A stretch of 64,000 nt of DNA from an uncultured Gammaproteobacteria bacterium. GTDB lineage: Bacteria; Patescibacteriota; Patescibacteriia; SBBC01; CAIJZX01. Shown here in pieces: positions 23,101 to 31,965 of this stretch; the stretch's first letter is position 1; each line of letters begins with the position of its first letter. Under the pieces are notes generated by a model. It saw only the letters and a program-made list of their open reading frames with translations. It did not search any database and was not told the DNA's origin. The position numbers were made by a program, and so were the translations under genes. The DNA lies in contig CAZFGG010000001.1 of assembly GCA_964518425.1 (NCBI GenBank), positions 54,597 to 118,596 of the forward strand, read 5' to 3'.

Positions 23101-23720
23101 GACCCGAGTCTAGCGGTCCGAGTGGATCGACGCCCCCTCCACCGAATGGACCATCAGGCGGAGGAGCGGGGCGAGCTGGCCGCCGACCCTCTGGAGGAGG
23201 ATCTGGCCAAGCCTATCGGCAAGCTCAGCGAGCTCAACCCCCATCCCCGGGATCACCAATTGTTGTCCCAAGCGATGCGGATTTTCCATCCGATGAAGAA
23301 CGAAGCCGTGATCCTCGAATCGAACGACTCTCGCCAAAGCAAAAGGAACTTCGTAACAAAGTCGTTCAGCTCAGAGACGTTGTGGCCGGGGACAACGCGC
23401 TGACGTCGGATGATCGCCGCAACCTGAGAGAAGCTTTTGAAACAATCTTGAGTGAGCGCGATCAGGCACGGTTCCAAGCATTGATTCAATACGCTAACAA
23501 GGGCGGCAAACTCTCGGCTACAGAGAAGAAACAGTTTGAGGATCTTCTCGTAACCCTGGGGGCTGCTGATACGACGTATCAACAACCCGGCGCTGCTCGT
23601 AGTAGGAGCAGTAATCTAGGAGCTTCAACACCTTCCGAAAAAAGAACGATTCGTGATGCCGAGGCTGAAATTATTGAAGAGCCGCCAAGTCCTCCTCAAC
23701 AACCGAAGGAGAATTCATGA
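20130..23720 (+). CDS. VirB6/TrbL-like polytopic membrane protein with very long soluble tail
   Basis: VRDLANMIFII, RIVALWILTILSPLAY...P.T..YASQWW and GPVLAFFLWL in a ~340-aa multi-TM N terminus; ~850-aa charged tail with a Gly/Pro-rich segment. Confidence 0.75.
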   Translation: MKRFLSRLRRIPHRWALLSSLVIVVVLIVIWPSPARADVQQVIFSDILSPIVTAMIRLFALLTAYIVGLLILVAQQNNFINSAPVVTGYPIVRDLANMIFIIALLIIAAGTILRLENYRYNRLLGRLIVMAFLVNLARFITGFFIQTSQVFMLTFVNAFKDIALGNFANMFGLDVVLKFSQQNPTATDASLFMTLVGGLAMMIIAFCVILAVVVILIVRIVALWILTILSPLAYALRIIPNTERYASQWWSEFGKYVVSGPVLAFFLWLALALSAGSANQSSVLFQSVNGTSGANANLTNQVQQQLAPIQKDFVTEIFSMPRLMTFIVSIIFLMMGMQYASKSGGAGAGFAKRIYEKGLGVGATATGLNAIRSQINERAVAPVQGWIKNRQAARQGRIQERTAALESAGARIRSQAPVMPGILGREGRERAAASAQNIEGQRTQQFIQSRGLQNLPHDDVMTRFLTTTGREQLAAMTVLKDRGRINLQDPNQEKAFNQAMAWNRVPEGDRLKMREEIFRSNMGGMDENSIRARLGASTDPEQRIQFAQELQRRQLLKVGRAEDEQISAGLLNDLAANPERLQAARESMMKTNPDMAKKVIFGSLADSSSRRAFLSAIQQKQMNPSALNHAVQDTFARAGEAAAIGNFLNQISPDAETLNSYRRQMDPEAAQEIFSHLTIADDASAEERQKVARVTGEWGKAFTQSNGTFLTAKNSDGTSKKNSDGSDVTLAQEFASKLGGEEISKNISLQALKDQNVLQSLRRSDNMKASHWEALRKRNKETRAALEEGLKGYADHLGAEAYDKQGNIILDLEKLGGNEDRFKENEFVVRNLMLASKGKENRYNLADEKARQAFERLVSGASAADLSDITKSPVYAAHTDTVNLLFGWKGKMNEVAEMLTENYQFAVDAMKETEKTLTEKIKAGGREGSIAYNRLKEMSKHPILSNYIAYPEKPSEGGGKGGTAAAAAAGVAAGVAGMAAAGGMGGSSQPGPESSGPSGSTPPPPNGPSGGGAGRAGRRPSGGGSGQAYRQAQRAQPPSPGSPIVVPSDADFPSDEERSRDPRIERLSPKQKELRNKVVQLRDVVAGDNALTSDDRRNLREAFETILSERDQARFQALIQYANKGGKLSATEKKQFEDLLVTLGAADTTYQQPGAARSRSSNLGASTPSEKRTIRDAEAEIIEEPPSPPQQPKENS

Positions 23721-24442
23721 CCCAGGATCCAAAGCTCTATCTCGAAGCCATAAAACGTCTTCCCCCATTGATGCGTCAGATTTTGAATAACGAAGCACTG
23801 GTCAGCCAAGCAATCACTCTTGGTGAAAAATACCATCTTTCACCTCAGCAAGAAACAGCCCTTATGGAGATTGAGCGAGAAGTCATTGCCCAAAATCTCA
23901 AAGTAATTGATATTGAAATGCGAATTCGAAACTCTCTACAAATTGATGCAACGTTGTCACAACAAATAGCTCGAGATTTCTTAGGAATGATCATTCTGCC
24001 GATGGAATGGTACCTTGGTCCAGTACAACCATTAATTCAGAAACTTGGGGGCCAGACTGAAATCTATTTCGATCAGGCCAAGAAAAATTTCCCGGAGATT
24101 TATCGTCAGTCTCCGACCAGCCAACCGATTCAAACTGAACAAGGTATTCTTTCAAAAGCTACTTCGACTATTTCTCCTGCTATCTTGGAAAACTTTGATG
24201 ACCGCCTGACCTCCTTTAAGGGCCGGGCCGAAGTTCTTCTGCGCTTGACCGGACTGTCGTCTCACTTGGAAGAGATGATGAAAAATAAGCAGGTCAGTAC
24301 GGAAGAAGGACAACAATTGATGCAGCAGCTCGACAGCATTTCCTACGCCGTCAACACCCAGGACCTCAACCAGTTCGAGGTTCAGTCAATCAAGCGTCAT
24401 TTGACGAAAGTTCTTGATCGGATCGGGCAGGCCCAAGCGTGA
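23717..24442 (+). CDS. Hypothetical helical protein
   Basis: 241-aa ORF coupled by ATGA overlap; N-terminal domain resembles that of 27316-28800. Confidence 0.75.
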   Translation: MTQDPKLYLEAIKRLPPLMRQILNNEALVSQAITLGEKYHLSPQQETALMEIEREVIAQNLKVIDIEMRIRNSLQIDATLSQQIARDFLGMIILPMEWYLGPVQPLIQKLGGQTEIYFDQAKKNFPEIYRQSPTSQPIQTEQGILSKATSTISPAILENFDDRLTSFKGRAEVLLRLTGLSSHLEEMMKNKQVSTEEGQQLMQQLDSISYAVNTQDLNQFEVQSIKRHLTKVLDRIGQAQA

Positions 24443-24732
24443 TTCTACGATTGCCAGTAGTAACTCTTCAACCTCGGATGCTGATGCAGCGCGCCGGCTA
24501 CGTTGAGTTTCACGATCCGCGGAGTGGGGAAGTGTCCTATGTCCGTCGCCTCGGCACCCACTTCTACCCCCGGTTCCATGTGTACCTTGAATCGAAAACT
24601 GATCACCTCCGTTTGAACCTTCATTTGGATCAAAAACAACCGTCATACCCCGGCTTTACGAAGCATAGCGGTGAATACGATGGAATAACGGTTGAGGCCG
24701 AAGCTGAAAGGTTGAATAGGGCCTTAACTTAA
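24439..24732 (+). CDS. Small conserved-looking hypothetical protein
   Basis: GTGA overlap with the upstream stop; YVRRLG..FYPRFH, LHLDQKQPSY and HSGEYDG. Confidence 0.75.
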   Translation: MILRLPVVTLQPRMLMQRAGYVEFHDPRSGEVSYVRRLGTHFYPRFHVYLESKTDHLRLNLHLDQKQPSYPGFTKHSGEYDGITVEAEAERLNRALT

Positions 24733-24740
24733 ATCAAGGC

Positions 24741-24769
24741 TTGACAAATACCGTAGACTATGGTAGTCT
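24741..24769 (+). promoter_or_regulatory. Sigma70-type promoter with palindrome over the -10
   Basis: TTGACA(24741-24746), 17-nt spacer, TGg-TAGTCT(24764-24769); agacta-tgg-tagtct inverted repeat. Confidence 0.65.
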
Positions 24770-24918
24770 CCGTGGTTATTGTTGATACCTAAAGAGCTCT
24801 AGATGCTTTGGGGCCCTTTGAAAACTAAATAGGTTTCGAATCAAAGAAATCCGCGAGCCGCACAGACCGTGCGTCTCCTTGCGTTTGACCGCTCACCCCA
24901 AGAAAGAGGTGAACCAAA

Positions 24919-26010
24919 ATGGCTACCAAGGAGAAGAAAGGCTTACCCGAAGGATGGGAAGTCCCAATGGGAGCTGCCGCACAGGCCATCCTGAAGAGAA
25001 TCGTCAACGCCTCACTCGACTGGGTCGAGCGGGTCGATCGTGATCTCTTCTTGTCGGCCGCCTGGATCTACACTAACGAGTCAGCCGATAACATCAAGCT
25101 CTGGACTCAGGGTTCGTTTCTGGCGGGAGCGACGCTCCTCGAAAACATCGCCGACCATTTGCCAGTCTGGGAATGGATGCGGGAGGTGATCGAACGCGCC
25201 GGTCCCGACTTGCCGAACCTGGTCAGTCAGTACTTCAAGCTTCGTCAAGCACGCGGAACGCTCAACTTCCCGCCGGACTTCAAACCTCTGACGAGCGACG
25301 AAGCCAAGAAGAAATTGGCCCAGTTCGGAACAAAGGTCCAGGAAGCGTTCAGGGCAAGGTTGGAAAAATCCATACCGATCTTTGCGCGTCTTCGACAGCG
25401 CTGGGATGACCTGGTCGCCCGACTCAAGGGCGACGGCGAATTCCGGCACCATAGCTATAAAGCTTTCCGTCAAGCCTTTCTCGACGCCAATGATGAAGAA
25501 CGAGAACTGATCGTGGCCGCCTTCTGGGGCCCGCCCAACGCGGAAGAAGATCAACGGCTTCTTTCCGAACAGGAACTCTGGAACTTCAAGAAGGCTCACG
25601 AGTACTTCGGCGACAAGGAGAAGTTGGAGAAAATGGCCCGAATGAAACGGCGCCACCTTCGCTTCTTCCTGGCTATGGAAGATCAGGACGACTGGTTTAA
25701 TTTCCTGTCGCCTGATCTGAAAAAGAAATTCAAGGCCATCGTCACCGATGGCTATCAAACAACTGGTCACTTAGCCGACGACCTGGGCGGATGGAACGAC
25801 CGAATGGAACGGCGTTTGGACATCAGAAAGACCAATCAGCAGATTCAGCAAGGTGTTACCACGGGAATACTGCTGATGATCGGAGCAATCGCCTGTTTCA
25901 TGGGTGGCCGCCCCCTACCGGGCACCATCCTCTCGGTCGTCGTAGTCGCGATGGCCATATACTTCCTCTTGGCTCTGCGCAAGCAGCATAAGGAGACAGC
26001 CAATGGCTGA
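24919..26010 (+). CDS. Hypothetical protein with two C-terminal TM helices
   Basis: 363-aa ORF preceded by a strong SD (gaaagaggtg). Confidence 0.8.
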   Translation: MATKEKKGLPEGWEVPMGAAAQAILKRIVNASLDWVERVDRDLFLSAAWIYTNESADNIKLWTQGSFLAGATLLENIADHLPVWEWMREVIERAGPDLPNLVSQYFKLRQARGTLNFPPDFKPLTSDEAKKKLAQFGTKVQEAFRARLEKSIPIFARLRQRWDDLVARLKGDGEFRHHSYKAFRQAFLDANDEERELIVAAFWGPPNAEEDQRLLSEQELWNFKKAHEYFGDKEKLEKMARMKRRHLRFFLAMEDQDDWFNFLSPDLKKKFKAIVTDGYQTTGHLADDLGGWNDRMERRLDIRKTNQQIQQGVTTGILLMIGAIACFMGGRPLPGTILSVVVVAMAIYFLLALRKQHKETANG

Positions 26011-27160
26011 CGAGAAGAAGCCGGAGGCCGCTGAGACGAAGGGTTCTTCAACCCATCGCGCTTGGTGGCAAGAAGTGCTGCTGAACATTCCGAAGGAACT
26101 CTATGGGTTCCTTAGCCTCGGACCGTTTGTACTCCTGATCTGGGGGATCTACCGTGACGAAAACGGTCGACGCCTGACAAAGGAGATGATCCGCAGCGGC
26201 AAGATCCTCTGGAAGTGGACGAACGAGGAATTCAACCGTTTGATCGGCGTGATCAACGTCGCGCTGCTGTTCATCGTCGCGATCAGCGGACTGCTTCTCT
26301 TCGGCATCTCGACCCCCAGTCAGTATTCATTCTGGGGAAGCGTCTGGCCCAACACCGTCCTTAACCGGACCTACCTCGGCTTGCCACTGATGCTGCTGGT
26401 GGTGTTCTGGATCGTCCAGATGATCTTCACCTTTTCCCGGCCGCTCATCGCGATCGGCTTGGCGGAGAAGTGGCTGACCAAGGACCGCAAGGACGAAGTC
26501 TTCGCCATTCGGTTCGTCCGGATGCAATTCAAGTTCGCGGGATGGTACGCCTTTGGGTTTACCGTTCTGAACGCGGTCACCTGGTACCACGAACCTGGCG
26601 CTCTGGCCATCGCGGTCCCGGGCTTACTCATCTACCCGCTGTTCTGCAATGCCTGGCGGCGTGGAGACTCGGAACATGTCCGGCGGACGGTCCTCATCGG
26701 GAACGCCTTCCTGGAAATGTGCTGCGTCATCTTCGCTTCTGTGCCGGGGTCATGGCATGGCCTGACGTCATTGGCCATCGGCGACAAAGTCATCGGTCCT
26801 TACGTCGCCCTGATCCTATTCTTCTCACTCGGCCTGCTGGCGGTTTCCCTCGGTCGAATCAAGACTGGGGAAGACAAAGCCCGCATCGCGAAAGCACAGT
26901 ATGACGAGCTCAAGGATGTTGACTTGGGTCGTGTAGCGGCCATCAAGTCATTGCTGAATGATGATTCCAAGTCAAACCGGACTGCCGCGTCACCAATGGG
27001 GTACTCGTACTCACAACCAGACACAGCCTGGGGGCGTCCGGTCCAGCCGCTCTCGCGCACCTCGGAGATTTTCCAGGCGATAATCGGCATCTTGCTTCTG
27101 TCCGCCGTCTTCATGGGTGCTGTCTACATGTTCAACCTGTACATGACCCGCAAGCCGTAA
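26003..27160 (+). CDS. Hypothetical multi-pass membrane protein
   Basis: 385 aa with ~8 hydrophobic segments; SD aaggag; overlaps the upstream stop. Confidence 0.8.
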   Translation: MADEKKPEAAETKGSSTHRAWWQEVLLNIPKELYGFLSLGPFVLLIWGIYRDENGRRLTKEMIRSGKILWKWTNEEFNRLIGVINVALLFIVAISGLLLFGISTPSQYSFWGSVWPNTVLNRTYLGLPLMLLVVFWIVQMIFTFSRPLIAIGLAEKWLTKDRKDEVFAIRFVRMQFKFAGWYAFGFTVLNAVTWYHEPGALAIAVPGLLIYPLFCNAWRRGDSEHVRRTVLIGNAFLEMCCVIFASVPGSWHGLTSLAIGDKVIGPYVALILFFSLGLLAVSLGRIKTGEDKARIAKAQYDELKDVDLGRVAAIKSLLNDDSKSNRTAASPMGYSYSQPDTAWGRPVQPLSRTSEIFQAIIGILLLSAVFMGAVYMFNLYMTRKP

Positions 27161-27176
27161 CGCTCTTTCATTCTTT

Positions 27177-27226
27177 TGCCCAGTACCAATTCGCATTCGC
27201 GAAAAGGTACTGGGCATTTTCTTTTC
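27177..27226 (+). terminator. Intrinsic terminator
   Basis: tgcccagtacc(27177-27187)...ggtactgggca(27206-27216) followed by ttttctttt. Confidence 0.7.
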
Positions 27227-27263
27227 CCCAGAAAACACAAAGAAAAACTGTTAATCAACCCTT

Positions 27264-27292
27264 TTGCTTGTTTGGCCGATTTGTGCTATAAT
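27264..27292 (+). promoter_or_regulatory. Sigma70-type promoter for the second T4SS-like operon
   Basis: TTGCTT(27264-27269), 17-nt spacer, TGc-TATAAT(27287-27292). Confidence 0.65.
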
Positions 27293-27315
27293 AAAGCCAC
27301 AAAAACAGACTGGAC

Positions 27316-28800
27316 ATGGAAGATATTTGGCAACAATTCCACCGTTTGCCGAAGACGATACGCGACTCCGTCGCTACGCCGGAAGCCTTGGCGACAGTGG
27401 ATCAACTTGAGCGCCAGCACCCAGGCCTTGATTTGGCTGGTTTTATCATGCGCGCCATGGTCAAGGAATTTCCTATCAATGAACTCAGTCAGAAGATGAG
27501 TCAGGAGGCTAAGCTCGATCAGCCAACCGCGGACGCGGTTACCCAAGAGTTAACGGCTAAGGTTTTTGGTCAACTCAGGGAATATCTTGGACTTCCGGCT
27601 AAGGTATCAGCACCAACAGTCATTCCGCCCACGCCACCACCGGCTCCGGTTCAACCTAAGACTGTTCCACCAATCCCGACAGCAGTACTAAGCCCGCTGG
27701 ATCAACCGAAAAAGGTCGTGCCAGCACCCCCAATCCAGCCGCTCGTTCCACTCGTCACGACCATGGCGGCTCCCCGGCCGGCCACGATGACGAATGTCGC
27801 CCCGACCCAAAATTACTCTGAAGATGATGACCAGGAGATTGCCCAGCAGGCCCGCCGCGTCAAAGATATCGCCGCCAGTTCAGAGACCATCGACCTTGAT
27901 ACGATCGTCGAACAAGTCATGCGCCAGCACAATTTGGCTTTCCGTGATGAGCTGCTGCAAAAGCGCGTCGTGTCCCTGTTGAAAGCTCGACTAAAAGGTA
28001 TCCGCGATTCTGATGACACGAAAGCGATGCTCATGCGGACACCGAAAGTCGGTGGCCTCGGCCTCGATCCAGATGTATCAGCCAACGTTGTGACGAGTCT
28101 TGACCAGGCGGCTGGACGTTTGAAAACGCGGGGCGCAGTTACCCCGCCACTACCAATCGCCCCGCCGCCTCCGCCGGTGGTTCCCCGCATTGAGCCAGAG
28201 CGTCCTGCTCCGAAACCGCCCCTGACGCGAGGCCTACCGCCAGAGAACCTACCGCTGGCGGCCAGCACGCCGCTCCCGAACGTGACCGATCAGCCGCGGC
28301 CGGCCCCGCTCCTGAAACGGCCGGCTGATATTCCCGCGCCGCCCCCAATAGCTGCAGGTCCCGCTCCGTTTGCCCCCAGCCCCCGACCGACCGCTCCGGC
28401 GAACCGACCGCTCATCACCCGGGAACGGTTGCCAGAACGACAAAACATTTCCGATATTACCCGCCCGAATATTCCGGTCATGGGGCCGGCTGGTGAAATG
28501 AGTAGTTTAACCCTGATGGAATTCCGTCGTCTTGGCCAGGGGGCATCCGACTCAGCCAATCGTTTACTCGAAAAATTCAAGCACTACCAAAAAGAATCCT
28601 TTCCGCTCTGGGCCGAAGCGATCGCTGGCTGGCGGCAAAGCGAAGTCCATCGGATCTATCTTGACATGGGCCGACAAAGCCTTGACCAGGGCACGCCGAT
28701 TACGCAAGTCATTCAACAACGGGCCAAGTCCGGCTTGCCATATTTATCCGAACACGAATTCGCTATTGTCTCGGATCTCAACCGTCAGCTCCAACTCTAA
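27316..28800 (+). CDS. Proline-rich hypothetical protein
   Basis: 494 aa; three folded-looking blocks (including MRTPKVGGLGL and GPAGEM..LTL.EFRRL) separated by Pro-rich linkers. Confidence 0.8.
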   Translation: MEDIWQQFHRLPKTIRDSVATPEALATVDQLERQHPGLDLAGFIMRAMVKEFPINELSQKMSQEAKLDQPTADAVTQELTAKVFGQLREYLGLPAKVSAPTVIPPTPPPAPVQPKTVPPIPTAVLSPLDQPKKVVPAPPIQPLVPLVTTMAAPRPATMTNVAPTQNYSEDDDQEIAQQARRVKDIAASSETIDLDTIVEQVMRQHNLAFRDELLQKRVVSLLKARLKGIRDSDDTKAMLMRTPKVGGLGLDPDVSANVVTSLDQAAGRLKTRGAVTPPLPIAPPPPPVVPRIEPERPAPKPPLTRGLPPENLPLAASTPLPNVTDQPRPAPLLKRPADIPAPPPIAAGPAPFAPSPRPTAPANRPLITRERLPERQNISDITRPNIPVMGPAGEMSSLTLMEFRRLGQGASDSANRLLEKFKHYQKESFPLWAEAIAGWRQSEVHRIYLDMGRQSLDQGTPITQVIQQRAKSGLPYLSEHEFAIVSDLNRQLQL

Positions 28801-28803
28801 GCT

Positions 28804-29283
28804 ATGCCTAACCAATTCGTCGTACCACAATTTATCGACGTCGAGGATAAAATTCTCGGACCAATTTCCGTTCGCCAGTTTATTATCGTCTTAACCGGTA
28901 CGGGCTTGGTGGTTGGCGCTTACCAGATCCTCTACAAGCTGGCGAATCAGTTCATTCTCTTTATCGTCAGCGCCCTGGGTATCCTGGCCGGTGTCCTGAT
29001 GTTCGCCTTTATCAAGGTCAACGGGCGACCGTTTCACCTCTTCGTCCTCAACCTTCTCCAGTCAGTCAAAAACCCCCATCTTCGTATTTGGAATAATCAA
29101 ATGGCCGAAATATTGCAATATCGGAAAGAGCCGCCCCCGCCACCTCCGCTGCCCTTAAAACAACCACTGACGAAAACAAATCTGGCAAAATTGGCGTTGC
29201 TGGTTGATACTGGCGGGGCCTATCACGAAGACGACGATCTGCTCTACATCGGCCAACCTCTCGCCCCCTCACCTCCACGTTAA
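28804..29283 (+). CDS. PrgI family (VirB3-like) protein
   Basis: QFVVPQFIDVEDKILGPISVRQF, two TMs, KVNGRPF. Confidence 0.85.
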   Translation: MPNQFVVPQFIDVEDKILGPISVRQFIIVLTGTGLVVGAYQILYKLANQFILFIVSALGILAGVLMFAFIKVNGRPFHLFVLNLLQSVKNPHLRIWNNQMAEILQYRKEPPPPPPLPLKQPLTKTNLAKLALLVDTGGAYHEDDDLLYIGQPLAPSPPR

Positions 29284-29287
29284 ATCT

Positions 29288-30028
29288 ATGGCCACGACCT
29301 CTGCCAAAAATAAGAATCTGGTTCGGAAAAAAACGGGTATCTCTACCCAGCAGTACTTAGATATTTTAGAAATTCGTGACGACGCCGTCATTTTGAAGAA
29401 CGGAACGATCTTAGCGGTGATTCTCGTGGCCTCGATCAATTTCTCGCTCAAATCGGACGAAGAACAAGACGCGGTTATCGAAGCCTACGTTTCGTTCCTC
29501 AACACCATCGATTTCCCCCTGGAAATCGTCATTCAATCGCGTCGCTTGAACATCGATGAGTATTTGGAAATGCTCAAGAAAGTCGAGAAGCAGCAGACGA
29601 ACGAACTGCTCCAGATTCAAACCCGGGAATACCGTCAATATGTGGCCGAACTTGTCCAAATCGCTGACATCATGACCAAGCGGTTCTATGTCGTCGTTCC
29701 CTTTTCATCGAAAGTTGATCGCCCCGGGAAATTCTTTAGCCGATTAGCCGATATTCTCAATCCTACATCGACTATCCATCTCAAGCAGAAACAGTTTGAA
29801 CAATACCGTCTAGAATTGTACAAGCGAGTGGATAACGTTTCGAACGCCTTAGCTTCAGCCGGATTGAAATCGGCGGTCTTGGACACCCAAAGCCTGATCG
29901 AACTGTACTATAATTCCTATAATCCCGAGACGGCCCGCCAACAACAAGTCGCCGATGTCGATAAACTGAGCCTGGAAGACGTTTCCAGTATTAAAGAAGA
30001 TGTCCCGGGTAAAGAAAAACGAACCTAA
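29288..30028 (+). CDS. VirB4 N-terminal-like (TraE/TraC-associated) protein
   Basis: STQQYLDILEIRD, SINFSLKS.EEQ, FLNTIDFPLEIVIQSR and KRFYVVVP; lies between PrgI and the ATPase. ATG at 29288 chosen. Confidence 0.75.
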   Translation: MATTSAKNKNLVRKKTGISTQQYLDILEIRDDAVILKNGTILAVILVASINFSLKSDEEQDAVIEAYVSFLNTIDFPLEIVIQSRRLNIDEYLEMLKKVEKQQTNELLQIQTREYRQYVAELVQIADIMTKRFYVVVPFSSKVDRPGKFFSRLADILNPTSTIHLKQKQFEQYRLELYKRVDNVSNALASAGLKSAVLDTQSLIELYYNSYNPETARQQQVADVDKLSLEDVSSIKEDVPGKEKRT

Positions 30029-30039
30029 TCTCGAACGGA

Positions 30040-31962
30040 ATGCCTGATATTAACCTCTCCAGTCCAAAAATTTTCCGCGACCAGCCTTCTCCGGCCACGC
30101 GAGAATTACCGCGGGCCCCATCCGACGAACGTGAACTGATCGAAGCCGAACGGATTTACCGCCAAGGAGTTGTTACGGTTCGCGACTTAATCGCGCCGGC
30201 CGCTCTGAAGATTGACGCTCGGTACCTTCAGTTGAATGGGCAATTCGTCCGGACGCTGTTTGTTATTAGCTATCCTCGCTACATTTCCGTTGGGTGGTTC
30301 GGGCCGATCATCAATTACAACGCCCCGCTCGACATTTCTATGTTCTTTTACCCCATCCCCTCGGATGTTATTTTGAAGCAATTGCGGAACAAGGTTGGGG
30401 CTTTAGAAGCCCAGCTCTTGGCTGATAGCGAAAAAGGTGCGCCGCGCGACCCTGTTCGGGAAACAGCGCTCCGAGACATCGAGAAACTTCGGGACGACTT
30501 AACACAAGGCACTGAACGTTTTTTCCAGTTCGCCTTGTATGTCACGCTCTACGCGCCGTCGGCAAAAGCCCTTGATGATTTGACAAGCAAAGCCGAAGCT
30601 ATCTTCGGTTCACGTTTAGTCTTTACGAAACGAGCCTTTTTCCAGGCTGAACAAGGATTCACGTCAACCCTGCCGCTTGGCCTTGACCAGCTTCAGGTGA
30701 CGTTCAACATGAATTCGTCACCGATTGCTTCGAGCTTCCCGTTCGTCTCGGCCGATCTCTCGAGTGACAGCGGTATCCTCTACGGCATCAACCGGCACAA
30801 CAATTCGCTCATCCTGTTTGACCGGTTCGGCCTACAAAACCCTAACTACACGGTCTTTGCGACGGCTGGATCTGGTAAATCGTATGCCGTGAAATTAGAG
30901 GTTTTACGGTCAATGATGTTCGGAACGGACATTATTATCGTTGATCCGGAGCACGAGTATAAATACCTGTCTGATGCTGTTGGCGGAACCTACATTAATA
31001 TCTCCCTCAATTCCCAGACAAAAATTAATCCGTTCGATCTGCCCCGCCAGGCAAGCGGCGATGAAACCACGGCCGACATTATTCGTTCAGCCGTCATCAC
31101 CCTCAAATCTATGTTCCGGTTGATGCTGGGCGATGTCACTCATGAGGAAGATTCCATTATTGACCGCGCTCTGCTTGAAACCTACGCCAAGAAAGACATT
31201 ACGCCTGACGCCGATTTAGCCAACGTCGTTCCGCCGGTCATGACTGATTTCGAAGAAGTTTTGTCCGGCATGACCGGCGCCGAAGGGCTCGTTGAACGGT
31301 TGAAAAAATATACCCAAGGCACCTTTGCCGGACTTTTCAATTCACCGACCAACATTGAATTGAATAATCAACTGGTCGTTTTCTCTGTCCGTGATCTCGA
31401 AGACGAACTTCGACCGATCGGTATTTCGATTATTATCTCGTACGTCTGGAATATTGCTCGCTCGAAACTGAAGCGGCGTATGCTCGTGATTGATGAAGCC
31501 TGGTGGTTGATGCAGCACGAAGACTCGGCTAAATTTATCTACGGCCTGGTTAAGCGCTCACGGAAATACTACCTGGGTGTGACGACGATTACCCAGGACG
31601 TCAACGACTTCCTCCTCTCGCCATATGGCCAAGCGATTATCAATAACTCAGCCTTAGCGCTCTTGATGAAGCAGTCGCCGGCAGCCATTGATATCGTGAC
31701 GAAAACGTTCCTCCTGACCCAACAGGAACGTTACCTTCTGCTCGAGGCCGGTGTTGGCGAGGGCATTTTCTTCGCTGGCACGAAACATGCAGCGATCAAG
31801 GTGGTCGCATCATACGCGGAAGACCAAATCGTTACGACCAATCCGCAACAGTTACTGGAAATAGAAAAAGCCAAAAAAGAGTTTGAGCAGTCCGTGGCGG
31901 CCGGTACAGCCACGAACGCCGGTACGGCCATTCGCTCGCCCGAGGAATTGAACAGCCTGTAA
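30040..31962 (+). CDS. virB4: VirB4-like type IV secretion ATPase
   Basis: Walker A ATAGSGKS, IVDPEHEY, KINPFD, Walker B LVIDEAW, KRSRKY and ITQD. Confidence 0.92.
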   Translation: MPDINLSSPKIFRDQPSPATRELPRAPSDERELIEAERIYRQGVVTVRDLIAPAALKIDARYLQLNGQFVRTLFVISYPRYISVGWFGPIINYNAPLDISMFFYPIPSDVILKQLRNKVGALEAQLLADSEKGAPRDPVRETALRDIEKLRDDLTQGTERFFQFALYVTLYAPSAKALDDLTSKAEAIFGSRLVFTKRAFFQAEQGFTSTLPLGLDQLQVTFNMNSSPIASSFPFVSADLSSDSGILYGINRHNNSLILFDRFGLQNPNYTVFATAGSGKSYAVKLEVLRSMMFGTDIIIVDPEHEYKYLSDAVGGTYINISLNSQTKINPFDLPRQASGDETTADIIRSAVITLKSMFRLMLGDVTHEEDSIIDRALLETYAKKDITPDADLANVVPPVMTDFEEVLSGMTGAEGLVERLKKYTQGTFAGLFNSPTNIELNNQLVVFSVRDLEDELRPIGISIIISYVWNIARSKLKRRMLVIDEAWWLMQHEDSAKFIYGLVKRSRKYYLGVTTITQDVNDFLLSPYGQAIINNSALALLMKQSPAAIDIVTKTFLLTQQERYLLLEAGVGEGIFFAGTKHAAIKVVASYAEDQIVTTNPQQLLEIEKAKKEFEQSVAAGTATNAGTAIRSPEELNSL

Positions 31963-31965
31963 TTT

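Noticed and set aside
22995-23270. Low-complexity G/C-rich run
   Set aside because: Encodes an in-frame Gly/Ala/Pro linker; not a separate element.
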